DNA of 64,000 bases from Octopus vulgaris (Eukaryota). The stretch spans positions 12,896,001 to 12,960,000 of the forward strand of contig OX597824.1 of assembly GCA_951406725.2 (NCBI GenBank), in the 5' to 3' direction. The notes beneath the pieces are model-generated. The model worked only from the letters and a program-made list of their open reading frames with translations. It was not told the DNA's origin and ran no database searches. Positions 25,390-38,996 of this stretch are shown here, in pieces. A program made the position numbers and the translations under genes. How positions within the stretch are numbered: position 1 is the stretch's first letter; each line of letters begins with the position of its first letter.

Positions 25390-26685
25390 TAGGGTGTGAT
25401 GGGTAAATTGTCACCATTTTATATTTTTTTATTTCACACATGTGCCTTGTTTGCTTTGGATTTTGTCGACTACACAGTATAGTAGGGTCGGTTGGGCACC
25501 GCCTGTGAGAAAAATAGCATCATGTCGCAATTCACTCTGCCAAAAATTTGGAAACATCATGCTGTACTGCTTGGCATTCATGCCGGAAGTTCCAATATGA
25601 ATATTTCTGAGTGTTTGGATGTCAATCTCAACACTGCAGAGGATTCGAAAAGTGTTGGATAAGTCTAATGGTGATTACAAAGGTATGGCAACTCAGAAAA
25701 CTCACTCTGATCATTCTGATATGAAAAGAACTCCTGAATTTGTCAGCAAGATCCAGGCCATGATTGCCAGCAATCCCGCCAAGTCAATCAGGTCCATTGT
25801 CCGGGATACGAGAGTGTCTGAGTTTATCAAGTAGATAGTGCATGAAAACATTTGGTATTCCTCATACAGGTTGAGAAATGGCCAATTTTTATCCCAAGCC
25901 ATCAAGGACAAGAGGAAGGACCACGCTATGAAGCTTTTGAACAAACTTGAGCATCCCCTCCAAGTGAACATACTTTGGTTTTCCTCAGGTGAGAAAAATT
26001 TCTACCAGGATCAGATGGTAAACACAAAACAACCGTTGGCTTGCCATGTCCCCAAAACATGTACTGAGAGTGATAAAAATCAAATGTCCAGTTGACATCA
26101 TTGTGTTTGGAGTGGTCACTAGTGATGGTGACATTATGCCTCCATTCATCATCCTACATGACCTCAAACTCGACATGGAGGCCTACATCATGTGCCTGGA
26201 GGAGGTAGTGCCTCCCTGGGTTAAGAGGGAGGCTGCTGAAAGACCCTATGTCTGGCAAGAGGACTCTGTACCATGCCACGCAAGCAAGATAATCCCATCA
26301 TGGCTATCAGACATTTTCTGTGACCACATTAACCCCTAACATCTGGCTACCTAACTCCCCAGACTGCAACCCCCTTGATTATTATGTATGGAGCGCAGTT
26401 GAGTGAGAGACCAACAAAACACCTTGTAACACCGAAGATAAACTGAAGGCAAAGATTATGGCAGCATTCACCATCTTAAACAAGGAGACTATCCAGAAGA
26501 CTTGCTGGAGATTTTGAAGAATCTGGAGGCTGTGGCTGAAGCCAATGGTGATTTTATTGAATAAATTTACCCTTTAGAATTTCAAGATATTTTTTTGTAA
26601 TTTTAGTAAATATATCTTAAAATGAGATATCAGTGTTATTTTCATTTTTGCATAATTTAGATGACAATTTATTCAATGCACCCTG
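25390..26685 (+). mobile_element. Tc1/mariner DD37D (maT-type) element, near full length, decayed
   Basis: TA|(T)AGGGTG...CACCCTG|TA ends. Fragments include WFSSGEKNF, VFGVVTSDGDIMPP, WQEDSVPCH and PNSPDCNPLDY. Confidence 0.9.
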
Positions 26686-26711
26686 TATATTGGGATCTGA
26701 TAAGTGATCAA

Positions 26712-26950
26712 ATACCTATTTCTTTAGTACCCACAAGGGGCTAAACACAGAGGGGACAAACAAAGAGAGACATAGGTATTAAGTCGATTACATCGACCCG
26801 AGTGCGTAACTGGTACTTAATTTATCGACCCCGAAAGGATGAAAGGCAAAGTCGACCTCGGCGGAATTTGAACTCAGAACGTAGCGACAGACGAAATACC
26901 GCTCAGCATTTCGTCCGGCATGCTAACGTTTCTGCCAGCTCGCCGCCTTT
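26712..26950 (-). mobile_element. SINE family B
   Basis: Reverse complement of the monomer. Confidence 0.85.
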
Positions 26951-27102
26951 GGAAATATTGCTTGTAAACTCACCATTAATCAAGTACTAAGTTGGATAGA
27001 CCAACTTATTTGATTTTGACAACCAGTTCAGTTAGTATATTACTGGTGTGTTAAAATCTTGAGTTTTGTGCCATATTGTATTTCCAAATACAAATATCTC
27101 TA

Positions 27103-27512
27103 TACTCTCTTTCTTTTTACTCTTTGACCCGTTTCAGTCATGTGACTGTGGCCATGCTGGAGCACCACCTTTAGTCAAGCAAATCGACCCCAGGACTTAT
27201 TCTTTCTAAGCCTAGTGCTTATTCTATCGGTCACTTTTGCCGAACTGCTAAGTTACGGGGACGTAAACACACTAGCATCAGTTGTCAAGCAATGTTGGAG
27301 GGACAAACACAGACACACAAACATATACACATGCTCATACATACATGCATATATATGACAGGCTTCTTCCAGTTTCCGCCAACCAAATCCACTCACAAGA
27401 CTTTGGTCGGCCAGAGGCTATAGTAGAAGACACTTGCCCGAGGTGCCACACAGTGGGACTGAACCCGGGACCATGTAGTTCGTAAACAAGCTACTTACCA
27501 CACAGCCACTCA
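27103..27512 (-). mobile_element. SINE family A
   Basis: Family consensus match. Confidence 0.85.
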
Positions 27513-27692
27513 TTCATTTTGTTCATTATGTACAAATACATGTATTCAATGCTATTTTATTTTATTCACTTTTAGGAAAATTGAAGCACATCTTTGACAA
27601 TTCTGGAGAATATTGAACTTAATTTTGTGCATGACTTTTGGTCTAACCCTTATGTTTCTCAGCACAGCTAGATATTTAATGAAGCAGCGTAA

Positions 27693-28159
27693 CCCTTTTG
27701 TTACTGTATTTATTTTGAGATGCTCTGTGTTTCTTTCAATTAATTTTAAATATAACAAAGAATTTAGTAAAATAACTTAGTTATCATTAAGCTAGTGTTA
27801 GGAACATAAATTGTGACTAAGGTTTGGCGGAAAATTTTAATTCAAAATTTATGAAAACAAGACCTTTGTACTACAGAGCCAGAGGCAGTTTCAGCCGGGT
27901 TGGTATCAAAAGGGTTAAGAATTGTTTCTCTATTATATATTTTAACCCTTTTGTCACCCTATTTATTTTGAAATGTTCTGTGTTTCTTTCAATTACTTTA
28001 AATATAACAAAGAATTTAGTAAAATAACTTGGTTATCATTAAGCTAGTGTTAGGAACATAAATTGTGACTAAGGTTTGGCAGAAGATTTTAATTCCAAAC
28101 TTATGAAAACAAGACGTTTGTACTCAGAGCCAGTTTCAGCCCGGTTGGTAACGAAAGGG
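27693..28159. mobile_element. Two adjacent piggyBac-like MITEs (27693-27914 and 27946-28159)
   Basis: (T)TAA|CCCTTTTG...AAAGGG|TTAA ends and near-identical bodies. Confidence 0.85.
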
Positions 28160-28511
28160 TTAATATAAGGGTGACAGGCACAATTGTATGCTTACGCTTG
28201 CAATTCTATTACTCTGGGTTCGATCCCACTCTGCATAACACCTTGGGTAAAAGTCTTTATCAAAACCTCTGGTTAATCCTAGCATTATGAATGAACTTTG
28301 ATGGCTGGAAACTGTGGAAATATTTGCATGGGACTGTATCCTTTGGCGGGAAATGTCTGTTGTAACACTACTGCCTGGTCCTTTGGCATTTTTTGTAGAA
28401 TGCAATGTTCTAGGCATCCAAACTAAGTATTTCCTTAAGTATTGCAGATAGTAGGAAGTGGAGATGTTCATGCTGATTTAGCTCTAAAAAAATTAACTTT
28501 CCTCAATAATG

Positions 28512-28920
28512 AGGCGCAGGAGTGGCTGTGTGGTAAGTAGCTTGCTAACCAACCACATGGTTCAGGGTTCAGTCCCACTGCGTGGCATCTTGTGCAAGTG
28601 TCTTCTGCTATAGCCCCAGGCCGACCAATGCCTTGTGAGTGGATTTGGTAGACAGAAACTGAAAGAAGCCCGTCGTATATATGTATATATATGTATGCGT
28701 GTGTGTGTTTGTGCGTCTGTGTTTGTCCCCCTAGCATTGCTTGACAACTGATGCTGGTGTGTTTATGTCACCGTTACTTAGCGGTTCGGCAAAAGAGACT
28801 GATAGAATAAGTACCGGGCTTACAAAGAATAAGTCCTGGGGTCGAGTTGCTTGATTAAAGGCGGTGCTCCAGCATGGCCACAGTCACATGACTGAAACAG
28901 GTAAAAAAGTAAAAAGAGTA
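28512..28920 (+). mobile_element. SINE family A
   Basis: Full head to gtaaaaagagta tail. Confidence 0.88.
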
Positions 28921-29191
28921 TAGGGTAAGTTTGCTGAAATAGGCAAATGTTATCAAAATTCAATTAATTTTGAGATTTAAAACAGTAAAAGACAAAAAGA
29001 AAATCACTTAACTGTCTTATTTTGTTAGCTTCATCTATGTTCTGTTTATCTGGACTACCTTTACTTCCCTGAGTCAGTGGGGGTGTTCTATACTGTCATT
29101 CAACATGCTAGAAATAGCAGCCAAACGTCTTTAAAAAAAAGAAAAAGATCACAACTTCTTTGGAGATGATAGCTCAAGGGTCACATTCTAA

Positions 29192-29413
29192 CCCTTTCGT
29201 TACTGTATTTATTTTGAGATACTCTGTGTTTCTTTCAATTAATTTTAAATATAACAAAGAATTTAGTAAAATAACTTAGTTATCATTAAGCTAGTGTTAG
29301 GAACATAAATTGTGACTAAGGTTTGGTGGAAGATTTTAATTCAAAATTTATGAAAACAAGACATTTGTACTACAGAGACACAACCGGTTTCAGCCGGTTT
29401 GGTAGCAAAAGGG
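29192..29413. mobile_element. piggyBac-like MITE, same family
   Basis: CTAA|CCCTTT...AAAGGG|CTAA. Confidence 0.85.
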
Positions 29414-29963
29414 CTAATGAATGAAACCAACAAGTAACTTTATAGTTTTATATTCTGTACACTCCAATCATCATTCTCTTTAACCAAATCCCTTTACAAG
29501 ATGAACTCTTCCTCTGCTACTGTCTCTTTTACTTTTATCTAATTGATATTCATCTGTAAATTGGATTTGACCCATTTCTTGCCATGGGCCCCATTTAAGG
29601 ATCTGTTTAAAACAGTCTCATTGCCAGTTGTTCATTGTATTTTAAGTGAATTGCTTATGTGCATTTGCAGAAGTGTGTTTAACAATAATTAGTTAAAAAG
29701 GCAGCAAGCTGGCAGAAACATTAGCACGCTGGGCAAAATGCTTAGCGGTATTCCACCTGTCTTTATGTTCTGGGTTCAAGTTCTACCAAGGTCAAGTTTG
29801 CCTTTCATCTTTTCAATAAATAAGTACCAGTTGCATACTGGGGGTTGATCTAATTGACTGTCCCCTCCTCCCCAAAGATTTCGGGCCTTGTACTTAGAGT
29901 AGAAAAGAATATTTAGTAGTTAGTGTCATAATTAGCTCTGGCTAACTCTAGAGGACATTTTAT

Positions 29964-30836
29964 ATCATCATCATCATCGTTTAGCATTCGTTTTCCATGC
30001 TAGCATGGGTTGGACGGTTCAACTGGGGTCTGTGAAGCCAGAAGGCTTCATCAGGCCCAGTCAGATCTGGCAGTGTTTCTACGGCTGGATGCCCTTCCTA
30101 ACGCCAACCACTCCGTGAGTGTAGTGGGTGCTTTTTACGTGCCACCCGCACAGGTGCCAGACAAAGCTGGCAAACGGCCACGAACGGATGGTGCTTTTTA
30201 TGTGCCACCGGCACGAGGCCAGTCGGGGCAGTGCTGGCAACGGTCGCGAACGGATGGTTCTCTTACATGCCACCGGCACTGGTAACACATCTGCAATTTC
30301 CATTGATCGATTTCGATTCTGATCCTCACTTGCCTCAACAGGTCTTCACAAGTAGAGTTTTGTGTCCCAAGAAGGGAAGGTATGCATACATAGGCTGGCT
30401 CCATCCCATGTAGAAGGCCACGGGTTATGGACTCACTTGTCCTGCCGGGTCTTCTCGCGCACAACACACTTCCAGAGGTCTCGGTCTCTAGTCATTTCCT
30501 CAGTGAGACCTAAAGTTCGAAGGTCGTGCTTCACCACCTCATCCCAGGTTTTCCTGGGTCTGCCTTTTCCGCAGGTTCCCTCAACCGCTAGGGTGTGGCA
30601 CTTTTTCACACAACTATCTTCATTCATTCTCGCCACATGACCATACCAGCGCAAACGTCTCTCTTGCACACCACATCTGATGCTTCTTAGGTCCAGCTTT
30701 TCTCTCAAGGTACTTACACTCTGCTGAGTATGAGTACTGACATTACACATCCATCGGAGCATACTCGCTTCATTTCTTGCGAGCTTACGCATATCCTCAG
30801 CAGTCACGGCTCATGTTTCACTGCCATGTAGCATGG
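29964..30836 (-). mobile_element. RTE-clade LINE 3' fragment (ORF C-terminus, 3'UTR and (GAT)n tail)
   Basis: HGSET*AVTAEDMRKL...MLRWM...RLRWYGHVARM...GRPRKTW (ORF 30433..30807), continuous with the UTR ending in gatgatgat. Confidence 0.9.
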
Positions 30837-31065
30837 TGCAATTTTTGAACTACAAAAATATTGACGGATTTGAAAATTAAAATTTTTTTTGCATTTCCAA
30901 TCTATATTATTCATTGATATTTCATACACATTCACATTTAATACTATAGTTTCAAAAATACTAAAATGTTTATTATTGCAATTGAATAGAAAAGGATAAA
31001 CATGCCTTTTTTCAGCGACCCCCATTTGGGACTTTTTGAAAAATTTATAATTTCCAGAATAATTC

Positions 31066-31450
31066 ACAGGAGTGGCTGTGTGGTGAGTAGCTTGCTTACC
31101 AACCACATGGTTCTGGGTTCAGTCCCACTGCGTGGCACCTTGGGCAAGTGTCTTCTACAATAAACTCGGGCTGACCAAAGCCTTGTGAGTGGATTTGGTA
31201 GACGGAAACTGAAAGAAGCCTGTAGTATATATGTATATATATGTGTGTGTTTGTGTGTCTGTGTCCCCCTAGCATTGCTTGACAACCGATGCTGGTGTGT
31301 TTATGTCCCCGTCACTTAGCAGTTCAGCAAAAGAGACCGATAGAATAAGTACTGGGCTTACAAAGAATAAGTCCCGGGGTCGAGTTGCTCGACTAAAGGC
31401 AATGCTCCAGCATGGCCGCAGTCAAATGACTGAAACAAGTGAAAGAGTAT
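31066..31450 (+). mobile_element. SINE family A
   Basis: Family consensus match. Confidence 0.85.
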
Positions 31451-31724
31451 ATGAGGAAAATTTAAACATAAAATTTAACTCCTAAGACACCTGGCAAAGC
31501 CAAAACATACGAATAAAAAAAATTGGCAGTTAATGGGTTAATATACAAATGCTATTACTTGTGTTTGAATCAAACTCACAATTATTTATGTACAAATGCA
31601 AATAATTAAACAAAATCTGAACGTTTGCAAAATCACAGCCAACTAGGGAACTGATATGCTTAACTTATCAGAAATAGCAGCTAACTATCATTTCACACAC
31701 TGTTGTCTTGGAAGTATGTATTAT

Positions 31725-32302
31725 GTATTATTCTTTGCTACCCTAAGCACAAGGCCCGAAATTTTGGGGTAGAGGGCCAGTCGATTAAATCGACCCCAGT
31801 ATGCAACTGGTACTTAATTTATCGATCCCCAAAAGGATGAAAGGCAAAGTTGACCTCGGTGGAATTTGAACTCAGAACATAACGACAGACGAAATACCTA
31901 TTTCTTTACTACCCACAAGGGGCTAAATATAGAGGGGACAAACGGATTAAGTCGATTACATCGACCCCAGTATGCAACTGGTATTTAATTTATCGACCCT
32001 GAAAGGATGAAAGGCAAAGTCGACCTCGGCGGAATTTGAACTCAGAACGTAGCGGCAGACGAAATACCTGTTTCTTTACTACCCACAAGGGGTTAAACAT
32101 AGAGAGGACAAACACGGACAGACAAACAGATTAAGTCGATTATATCGACCCCAGTGCGTAACTGGTACTTAATTTATCGACCTCGAAAAAATGAAAAGCA
32201 AAGTCGACCGTGGCGGAATTTGAACTCAGAACGTAACGGCAGACGAAATACCGCTAAGCATTTCATCCGACATGCTAACGATTCTGCCAGCTCGCCGCCT
32301 TT
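31725..32302 (-). mobile_element. SINE family B, trimer
   Basis: Three tandem cores. Confidence 0.85.
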
Positions 32303-32442
32303 GTATTATATATCACTGTCCTGAATCATGCATGGTCTTGTTCAGTCAAGGCTGGCCTGGATTTAAACAACAGAGCCAAATATATTGTAGAAAATTATGG
32401 TCAAAAAAAGAACAATATTGTTGTTTCATATAAGAAATATCT

Positions 32443-32800
32443 GGCTGTGTGGTAAGTAGCTTGCTTATGAATCACATGGTTCTGGGTTCAGTCCCACTGC
32501 ATGGCACATTGGGCAAATATCTTCTACTATAGCCTTGGGCTGACTAAAGCCTTGTGAGTGGATTTGGTAAACGGAAACTGAAAGAAGCCCGTCGTATATA
32601 TATGTATGTTTGTCCCTCCAACATCGCTTGACAACTGATGCTGGTGTGTTTACGTCCCCGTAACTTAGCAGTTCGGCAAAAAGAGACTGATAGAATAAGT
32701 ACTAGGCTTACAAAGAATAAGTCCTGGGGTCGATTTGCTTGACTAAAGGCAGTGCTCCAGCATGGCCACAGTCAAATGACTGAAACAATTAAAAGAGTAT
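32443..32800 (+). mobile_element. SINE family A
   Basis: Family consensus match. Confidence 0.85.
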
Positions 32801-33253
32801 ATAGTTTAAATTCCGCTGATTTAAGAAAGGAGCCATCTCCAGGTTTATTTCATTATTCTTAGACTATTATCTTTCGTCTTTTACTTGTTTCAGTCATTAG
32901 ACTGCTGCCACGAGGAATTTTAATTGAACTAATTGACTCCAGTACTTATTTTCTTTTTAAGCCTGATACTTATTCTATTGGTCTTTTTTGCTGTACTGCT
33001 AAGTTACAGGGACATAACACACCAACACTGGTTGTATTGCAGGTAACCACACTTTTACTTAGCTTGTACCTTCTCATGCATAGCAAACTGCAAGTAGTGT
33101 CAGTTCCCTGATATCTCCTCTGTAAGGGCCAACGTCTGAAGATCCTTTCTCAAATACACATAGACAGGTCTATATACACATATGTACCCAAACCAATATA
33201 AACTGTAGATCCAACCCAAGTATTGTTCCACCATGTAGTTGGTAAGCGAGTTG

Positions 33254-33623
33254 GGGAGGCGCAATGGCCCAGTGGTTAGGGCAGCGGACTCGCGGTTTCG
33301 ATTCCCAGACCGGGTGTTGTGAGTGTTTATTGAGCGAAAACACCTAAAGGTCCACAAGGCTCTGGCAGGGGATGGTGGTGATCCCTGCTGTACTCTTTCA
33401 CCACAACTTTCTCTCACTCTTACTTCCTGTTTCTGTTGTACCTGTATTTCAAAGGGCCGGCCTTGTCACTCTCTGTGTCACGCTGAATATCCCCGAGAAC
33501 TACGTTAAGGGTACACGTGTCTGTGGAGTGCTCAGCCACTTACACGTTAATTTCATGAGCAGGCTGTTCCGTTGATTTGGATCAACCGGAACCCTCGTCG
33601 TCGTAACCGACGGAGTGCTTCCA
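33254..33623 (+). mobile_element. tRNA-derived SINE, family C
   Basis: TSD ggtaagcgagtt, small deletion in the head. Confidence 0.9.
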
Positions 33624-33845
33624 TTAAGGTAAGCGAGTTATCTCATATTTTCACCTTGCCTGTTTGTTTAAAATTCACACACAGTGGAACTGAACCCGGA
33701 ACTATTTGGTTGGGATAGTCATGTGTCCCTGTTTGGCTCTACATTCAGTGGAATGTTAACATGATGTAAGTAAGTGCAAGGAAACTATGTGATATTACAC
33801 AAATGCAATGTCATTTTTACTCAGGGGCAGGAAATTGCTTCTAGA

Positions 33846-34165
33846 TTCAGTCCCACTGCGTGGCACCTTGGGCAAGTGTCTTCATCTATAGCCTCGGGCC
33901 GACCAAAGCCTTGTCAGTGGATTTGGTAGCCGGAAACTGAAAGAAACCCGTCGTATATATGCATGTGTGTGTATCTCCCCAACATCGCTTGACAACCGAT
34001 GCTGGTATGTTTACGTCCCCGTAACTTAGTGGTTCGGCAAAACAGACTGATAGAATAAGTACTAGGCTTACAAAGAATAAGCCCTGCAGTCGATTTGCTT
34101 GACTGAAGGTGGTGCTCCAGCATGGCCGCTGTTAAAATGACTGAAACAAGTAAAAGAATAAAAGC
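33846..34165 (+). mobile_element. SINE family A (5' eroded)
   Basis: Family consensus match. Confidence 0.8.
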
Positions 34166-34542
34166 ATTGACCAAAAAAGAAAAACCCTTAATATTCTAAA
34201 TTCGAATTCCACAGAGACCAGCTTTTATGCTAGAATAAGCGCGTTAGAGACAATAAATCTTGCACTTAATTAAAGAAAGTACCCAGGGTATCTTGTATAC
34301 TTTCAACTGACATCTTGGCTGTTTTATAATCAGCTTAGTATGAATCATAAACTCACATGAGTGTGAATCAGACTCCATTTTATCAATCTGAACGATTTGT
34401 ATAAATACAGCAGAAAGAAGCAAAAGAAAGATGCCTGACTAAGTTCCCAGCTATGTTTGCGAGTTGTAAGCAGAATTTCCTGTTATATTTAGTGAAGTAA
34501 CTTGTTGAAGCAGACAATGTGATCTTTCATATATATCTTTTG

Positions 34543-34770
34543 TGGCGAGCTGGCAGAATCGTTAGCACGCTGGGCGAAATGCGTAGCCGTATTTCGTCTG
34601 CCGTTACGTTCTGAGTTCAAGTTCTGCCGAGGTCGACTTTGCCTTTCATCCTTTCGGGGTCGATAAATTAAGTACCAGTTAGGCACTGGGGTCAATGTAA
34701 TTAACTTAATTCCTTTGTCTGTCTTTGTTTGTCCCTTCTATGTTTAGCCCCTTGTGGGCAATAAACAAAT
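34543..34770 (+). mobile_element. SINE family B
   Basis: Same monomer. Confidence 0.85.
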
Positions 34771-35218
34771 ATATATATATATCTTTTGCCAGTTTCAGTA
34801 ATTGGACCGTGACCATACAGGGACACCTCCTTGACGGGTTTAGTCGAAGAGAGCGACCCTAGTACTTATTCTATGAGAATCTTTTGCCAAACTGCTAATG
34901 TAAGGATGCGTAAACAAACCAACACCGGTTATCAAGTATTGGTGGTGGTCGTGGTGGGGGAAACAAACACACGATGGGCTTTGACTCAGTTTCCGTCTAC
35001 AAATTTACAGCGCGTTGGTCGGTCCGGGGTTAAAGTAGAAGATACTTATGTAAGGATTGAACTCAAAATCACGTGGTTGCAAAGCGAGCTCCTTAACCAC
35101 ACAGCCATATTTTGTATACTAAAAGCAAACATACATTCATATAAGACAAAAGTTATTTCCTTAGAAAAAAAAAAAAAAAAATTAATGACGTTTATATGTT
35201 GATTCTATAATGAGTCAT

Positions 35219-35450
35219 GGTACTACTTAAGAAGAGTGGTCCAGGTGCGCGCGCTCGCTAGTCTTAACGAGTCGATCCTTACTTTGTGCTCTTGTGTTTT
35301 ATTTACTTTGTTTTAAAAAGAATTATTTATTTTGTTCTGTTGTGTCTGGGGACTTTGCTAGGTAGTCGTTGTAGGATCGACTAGTCACGACTAGCTAGCT
35401 AGCGCGAGTACGCAAGTGGGCCACCGGGACCACTTTTCTTAAGTAGTACC
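35219..35450. mobile_element. Merlin-like MITE, same family (older)
   Basis: GGTACTACTTAAGAA...TTCTTAAGTAGTACC. Confidence 0.78.
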
Positions 35451-35924
35451 CGATTCGTTTGTATTTTATTCTTGAGATTATGACCTTAATAAAAAAAAGC
35501 ATCATCGGCTCCTCTTCTGAACATAATATTCCTTATTTCTAAGCAGTTACTAATCATTAACAAACGTACAAATTAATACTTACCCAATCAGAATTAATTA
35601 GGTTCAAAATAATATAACTGTTCCTGTGAGTCCCAATGAAATTAGTGCTGTCAGTTTTCTTCTTTTTGTACAAAACCTGAAGGGTTTTGAAGAACAATTT
35701 TTTTACGTCAGCAAAAGCACCGGTGTATTATGTCAACCCGAGACCGCTCGCTGGTTCATTAATGTTTTTAATTGATCTAAAAATTCTCCATTAAAATTTC
35801 ACGTTTCAAAAACGTGGCTTGATAATGGCAGTTATTCTGCTAAGTTCTTATTTTCAGAATTAATTGAAACAAATGCAGTGTATTTCAGCAGTAATGTGGT
35901 AACTAAAGGGTTACACGAACACCC

Positions 35925-36341
35925 GGATCTTTTCGGTTTGAACGGCAGTTTTTTCTAGCGGTGTCATATGAAATTGTCATCCATAATTATGACCCTAGTA
36001 TCAATCTATTGCATTTCAATCTGTTTTAGGGTTAGGGGTGGGGGGAAGGGTATCTTTTTTTTCCTTCAGAAATGTAAATAAACCCAATCTGTTTCTTAAA
36101 CGAGGGACATATTCATATGGCACAGAATGTTTTTTTTACCTCAATACACGTCATTGATTGGTTGAAATTGCAGAAATTGAAGAAAAGAAAAACAACAAAT
36201 ATCTTACAAACTATAGAATTTTCTCAATAAAGCCAAGAGAAAAATATGTTTTATAAACACATTTTACCAGTATACGAAGTTTAAAATTTTTTAGTTACCT
36301 AGAAATTATGTTAAAAACTGCCGTTCAAACCGAAAAGATGC
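35925..36341. mobile_element. MITE with GGATCTTTTCGGTTTGAACGGCAG TIR and 8-bp TSD gaacaccc
   Basis: TIRs and TSD read directly from the sequence. Confidence 0.85.
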
Positions 36342-36671
36342 GAACACCCCTTCGACAACAGCAAAACATAGAAAGTGGCCGTCTGATTACCTCACACTTC
36401 GCTACTGAGAATCATGAATTGAAGCGAGAGTTTTTGACCCTGTGTAATGGTTATGGTGTTACATTTAACAATGTAAACACGACTACGGGTTATTTGATAC
36501 AGTTTATGTTTCCTGCTGTTGTTATAACAATGCGGTGGTTATTTATTTGGCAGAAAGAACTGCATAAAAATATACTACTTTATAATGCGAGATGTGGTGG
36601 CGTTTTAGAAGTGCGCAATTTCCATCAGCTTGTTGTGGTTGTTTAGTTCCGGTCAAACTGATGTAAAGGCC

Positions 36672-36910
36672 GGTACTACTTGAGAACAGCGGTCCCGGTG
36701 CGCGCACTCGCGCTAGCTTGTCATGACTAGTTGTTCCTTTGTGTTTTTGTGTGTTATTTACTTTGTTTAAAAAATTATTTACTTTGTTTAACAAAAAAAT
36801 ATTTTGTGTTATATTTACTTTGCTAGGTAGTCGTAGGATCGACTAGTCACGACTAGCTAGCGCGACTAACGCGAGTGCGCGCACCGGGACCACTGTTCTC
36901 AAGTAGTACC
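36672..36910. mobile_element. Merlin-like MITE (GGTACTAC TIR, 9-bp TSD gtaaaggcc)
   Basis: Long TIRs and a perfect 9-bp TSD. GGTAC fits the Merlin GGNRM terminus. Confidence 0.8.
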
Positions 36911-37601
36911 GTAAAGGCCTTCCTGTCGTGACCATACCGTCTTTTTAGGGGATGGAATATCTAATTCCATTTTTATCTATTATAATTCTTTTTTTTTTTT
37001 TTTTAAGGCTTGGTTTAAGCAAGTTCTCACAAAGTACTCGATATGTTCGAGAAACTACGGTAGCTAGTCTTTGATAAACGGGAAATGACATGTCAGCAAA
37101 TTTGCTACTGTCCACTGTAATACGATTTCTTACAATGAAAAACAAAGCTGCGCTAAATAATTAACAGACAGCTGTGCTTTGCTTTGCTTTACACCTATGT
37201 TGAATAATTATGACTAATTTTACACTCATTAAGATTATGTTTTTACAAAGTTAAAATAAAATTTAAAGAATACGCTATTATTATTATTCGAAATAATGTT
37301 TCTATTATTATTATTATTACTAGTAGTATGTTAAGCCTTAGTCATTCTAATTCCAAAATAGTTACCTGATGCCGCTGGTTTTTCTCCTTTCTCTTTGTTC
37401 GTGGTTCTGTTTATGAATGCATCCTCATATCGGATTTCTCTTTAGAACAAAATATTTTTCAGCTCCGAAGAGTTACAAATCTTGTATATGCTTCCTTCAC
37501 GTGAGCAATAATTAAAGATATTTTGTTAATGTCCAAAAAAGGTAAAATTAACATAGTTTCTCGAATACGATTCTTTCTCTCCCTTTTCGAACTAAATGAA
37601 G

Positions 37602-38107
37602 GGCATTCTTTCGATATAACTCGACAAAACCAAAATATTTCACTTCGGGTATTTCCGTGGGTTGTGGAGTCTAGATTATGCTAGAAATGTTTCATTTTAA
37701 ACTTAAAGAGGGTTCGATCTTTTAATCTTTTTGTTCGTTCTTCTGTCTTTGTTTTCGTTTTATTTAAAAAAAAAAAAAGTTCTAGTTAAAGGAAAATTTA
37801 ATCGTTATATAAAATATTTTTTTAAGTAAATTTTTAACATGTAACTCATTCGAACTCGTATAACAGTTTTGTCTTTTGTTTGTCCTGTATTGTCCCATTC
37901 TATATAAGACCATCATGATCGGAATAAAGATTCCATTTTAAACTTAAAAGAAAAAAAAATCCTTGCATATTTGTTCTTACCTGTTTCATGTGTTTATGTA
38001 AAATCCGAAAATTTCCAAGCAGAAAACAGAATCGAACTTATCATTTGCTTCCACGGAAATGCCCGGTGATACGTTTTAATTTTGTCGAGTTATATCGAAA
38101 GAATGCC
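37602..38107. mobile_element. MITE with GGCATTCTTTCGATATAACTCGACAAAA TIR and 8-bp TSD aaatgaag
   Basis: 28-bp perfect inverted ends and a perfect TSD. A related end lies at ~22640-22668. Confidence 0.85.
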
Positions 38108-38598
38108 AAATGAAGAAACGAGAAAAAAAAATCTACTTTGAATAGTATAAAACTAAACATTGCGTATTATCTTGAATTTGTCCTCCACCGTTTTGATTTA
38201 CCTCTTTTGTGCACGAACGACCTCAGTGACACCTTTAACAACACAGTCCGTTTTCCAGAAGAAACGGATTATATATGATTGCAGGAGCGCATAAATTCTC
38301 AGCTGATAACAATTTTATACTAATAAATATTAATTCTCTTTTTGGACGTACTTCGAGAAAACTAAATTTATAACTGGTCACTCTTTTGATAACAAACAAT
38401 AAAGCTATATGGGCGAGGCTTTGTTTATGGAGATCTAATCAAGTGTATGAAGCTGCAGATCGTGCCACATATAGCTGCTAATGACGAAAAGAATTAAGCA
38501 GTATCGGGTGCACATCACTCGTTTATTCTTGAAGTTTATGGCCTTAATAAAAAGGACCATCGCTTCCCTTTCCTCATTTGTGAATAGTTACAACTCTT

Positions 38599-38996
38599 GG
38601 ATCTTTTCGGTTTGAACGGCAGTTTTTAACAATTTCTAGGTAACTAAAAAATTTTTAAACTTCGTATACTGCTAGAATGTGTTTATAAAACATCTTTTTC
38701 TCTTGGCTTTATTGAGAAAATTCTATAGTTTGTAAGATATTTTCTTCAATTTTGGCAATTTCAACCAATCACTGACATGTATTTGAGGTGAAAACATTCT
38801 GTGCCGTATGAATATGTCCCTCGTTTAAGAAACAGATTGGGTTTATTTACATTTCTGAAGAAAAAAGATACCCTTCCCCCTACCCCTAACCCTAAAACAG
38901 ATTGAAATACAATAGATCGATACTAGGGTCATAATTATGAGTGACAATTTCATATGACACCGCTAGAAAAAACTGCCGTTCAAACCGAAAAGATCC
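38599..38996. mobile_element. Same MITE family, opposite orientation
   Basis: Intact TIRs and a degraded TSD caactctt/gaattctt. A partial third copy lies at 44771-44985. Confidence 0.85.

Noticed and set aside
36308-36646. 112-aa ORF
   Set aside because: It starts inside a MITE TIR and has no recognisable domain or splice signals.
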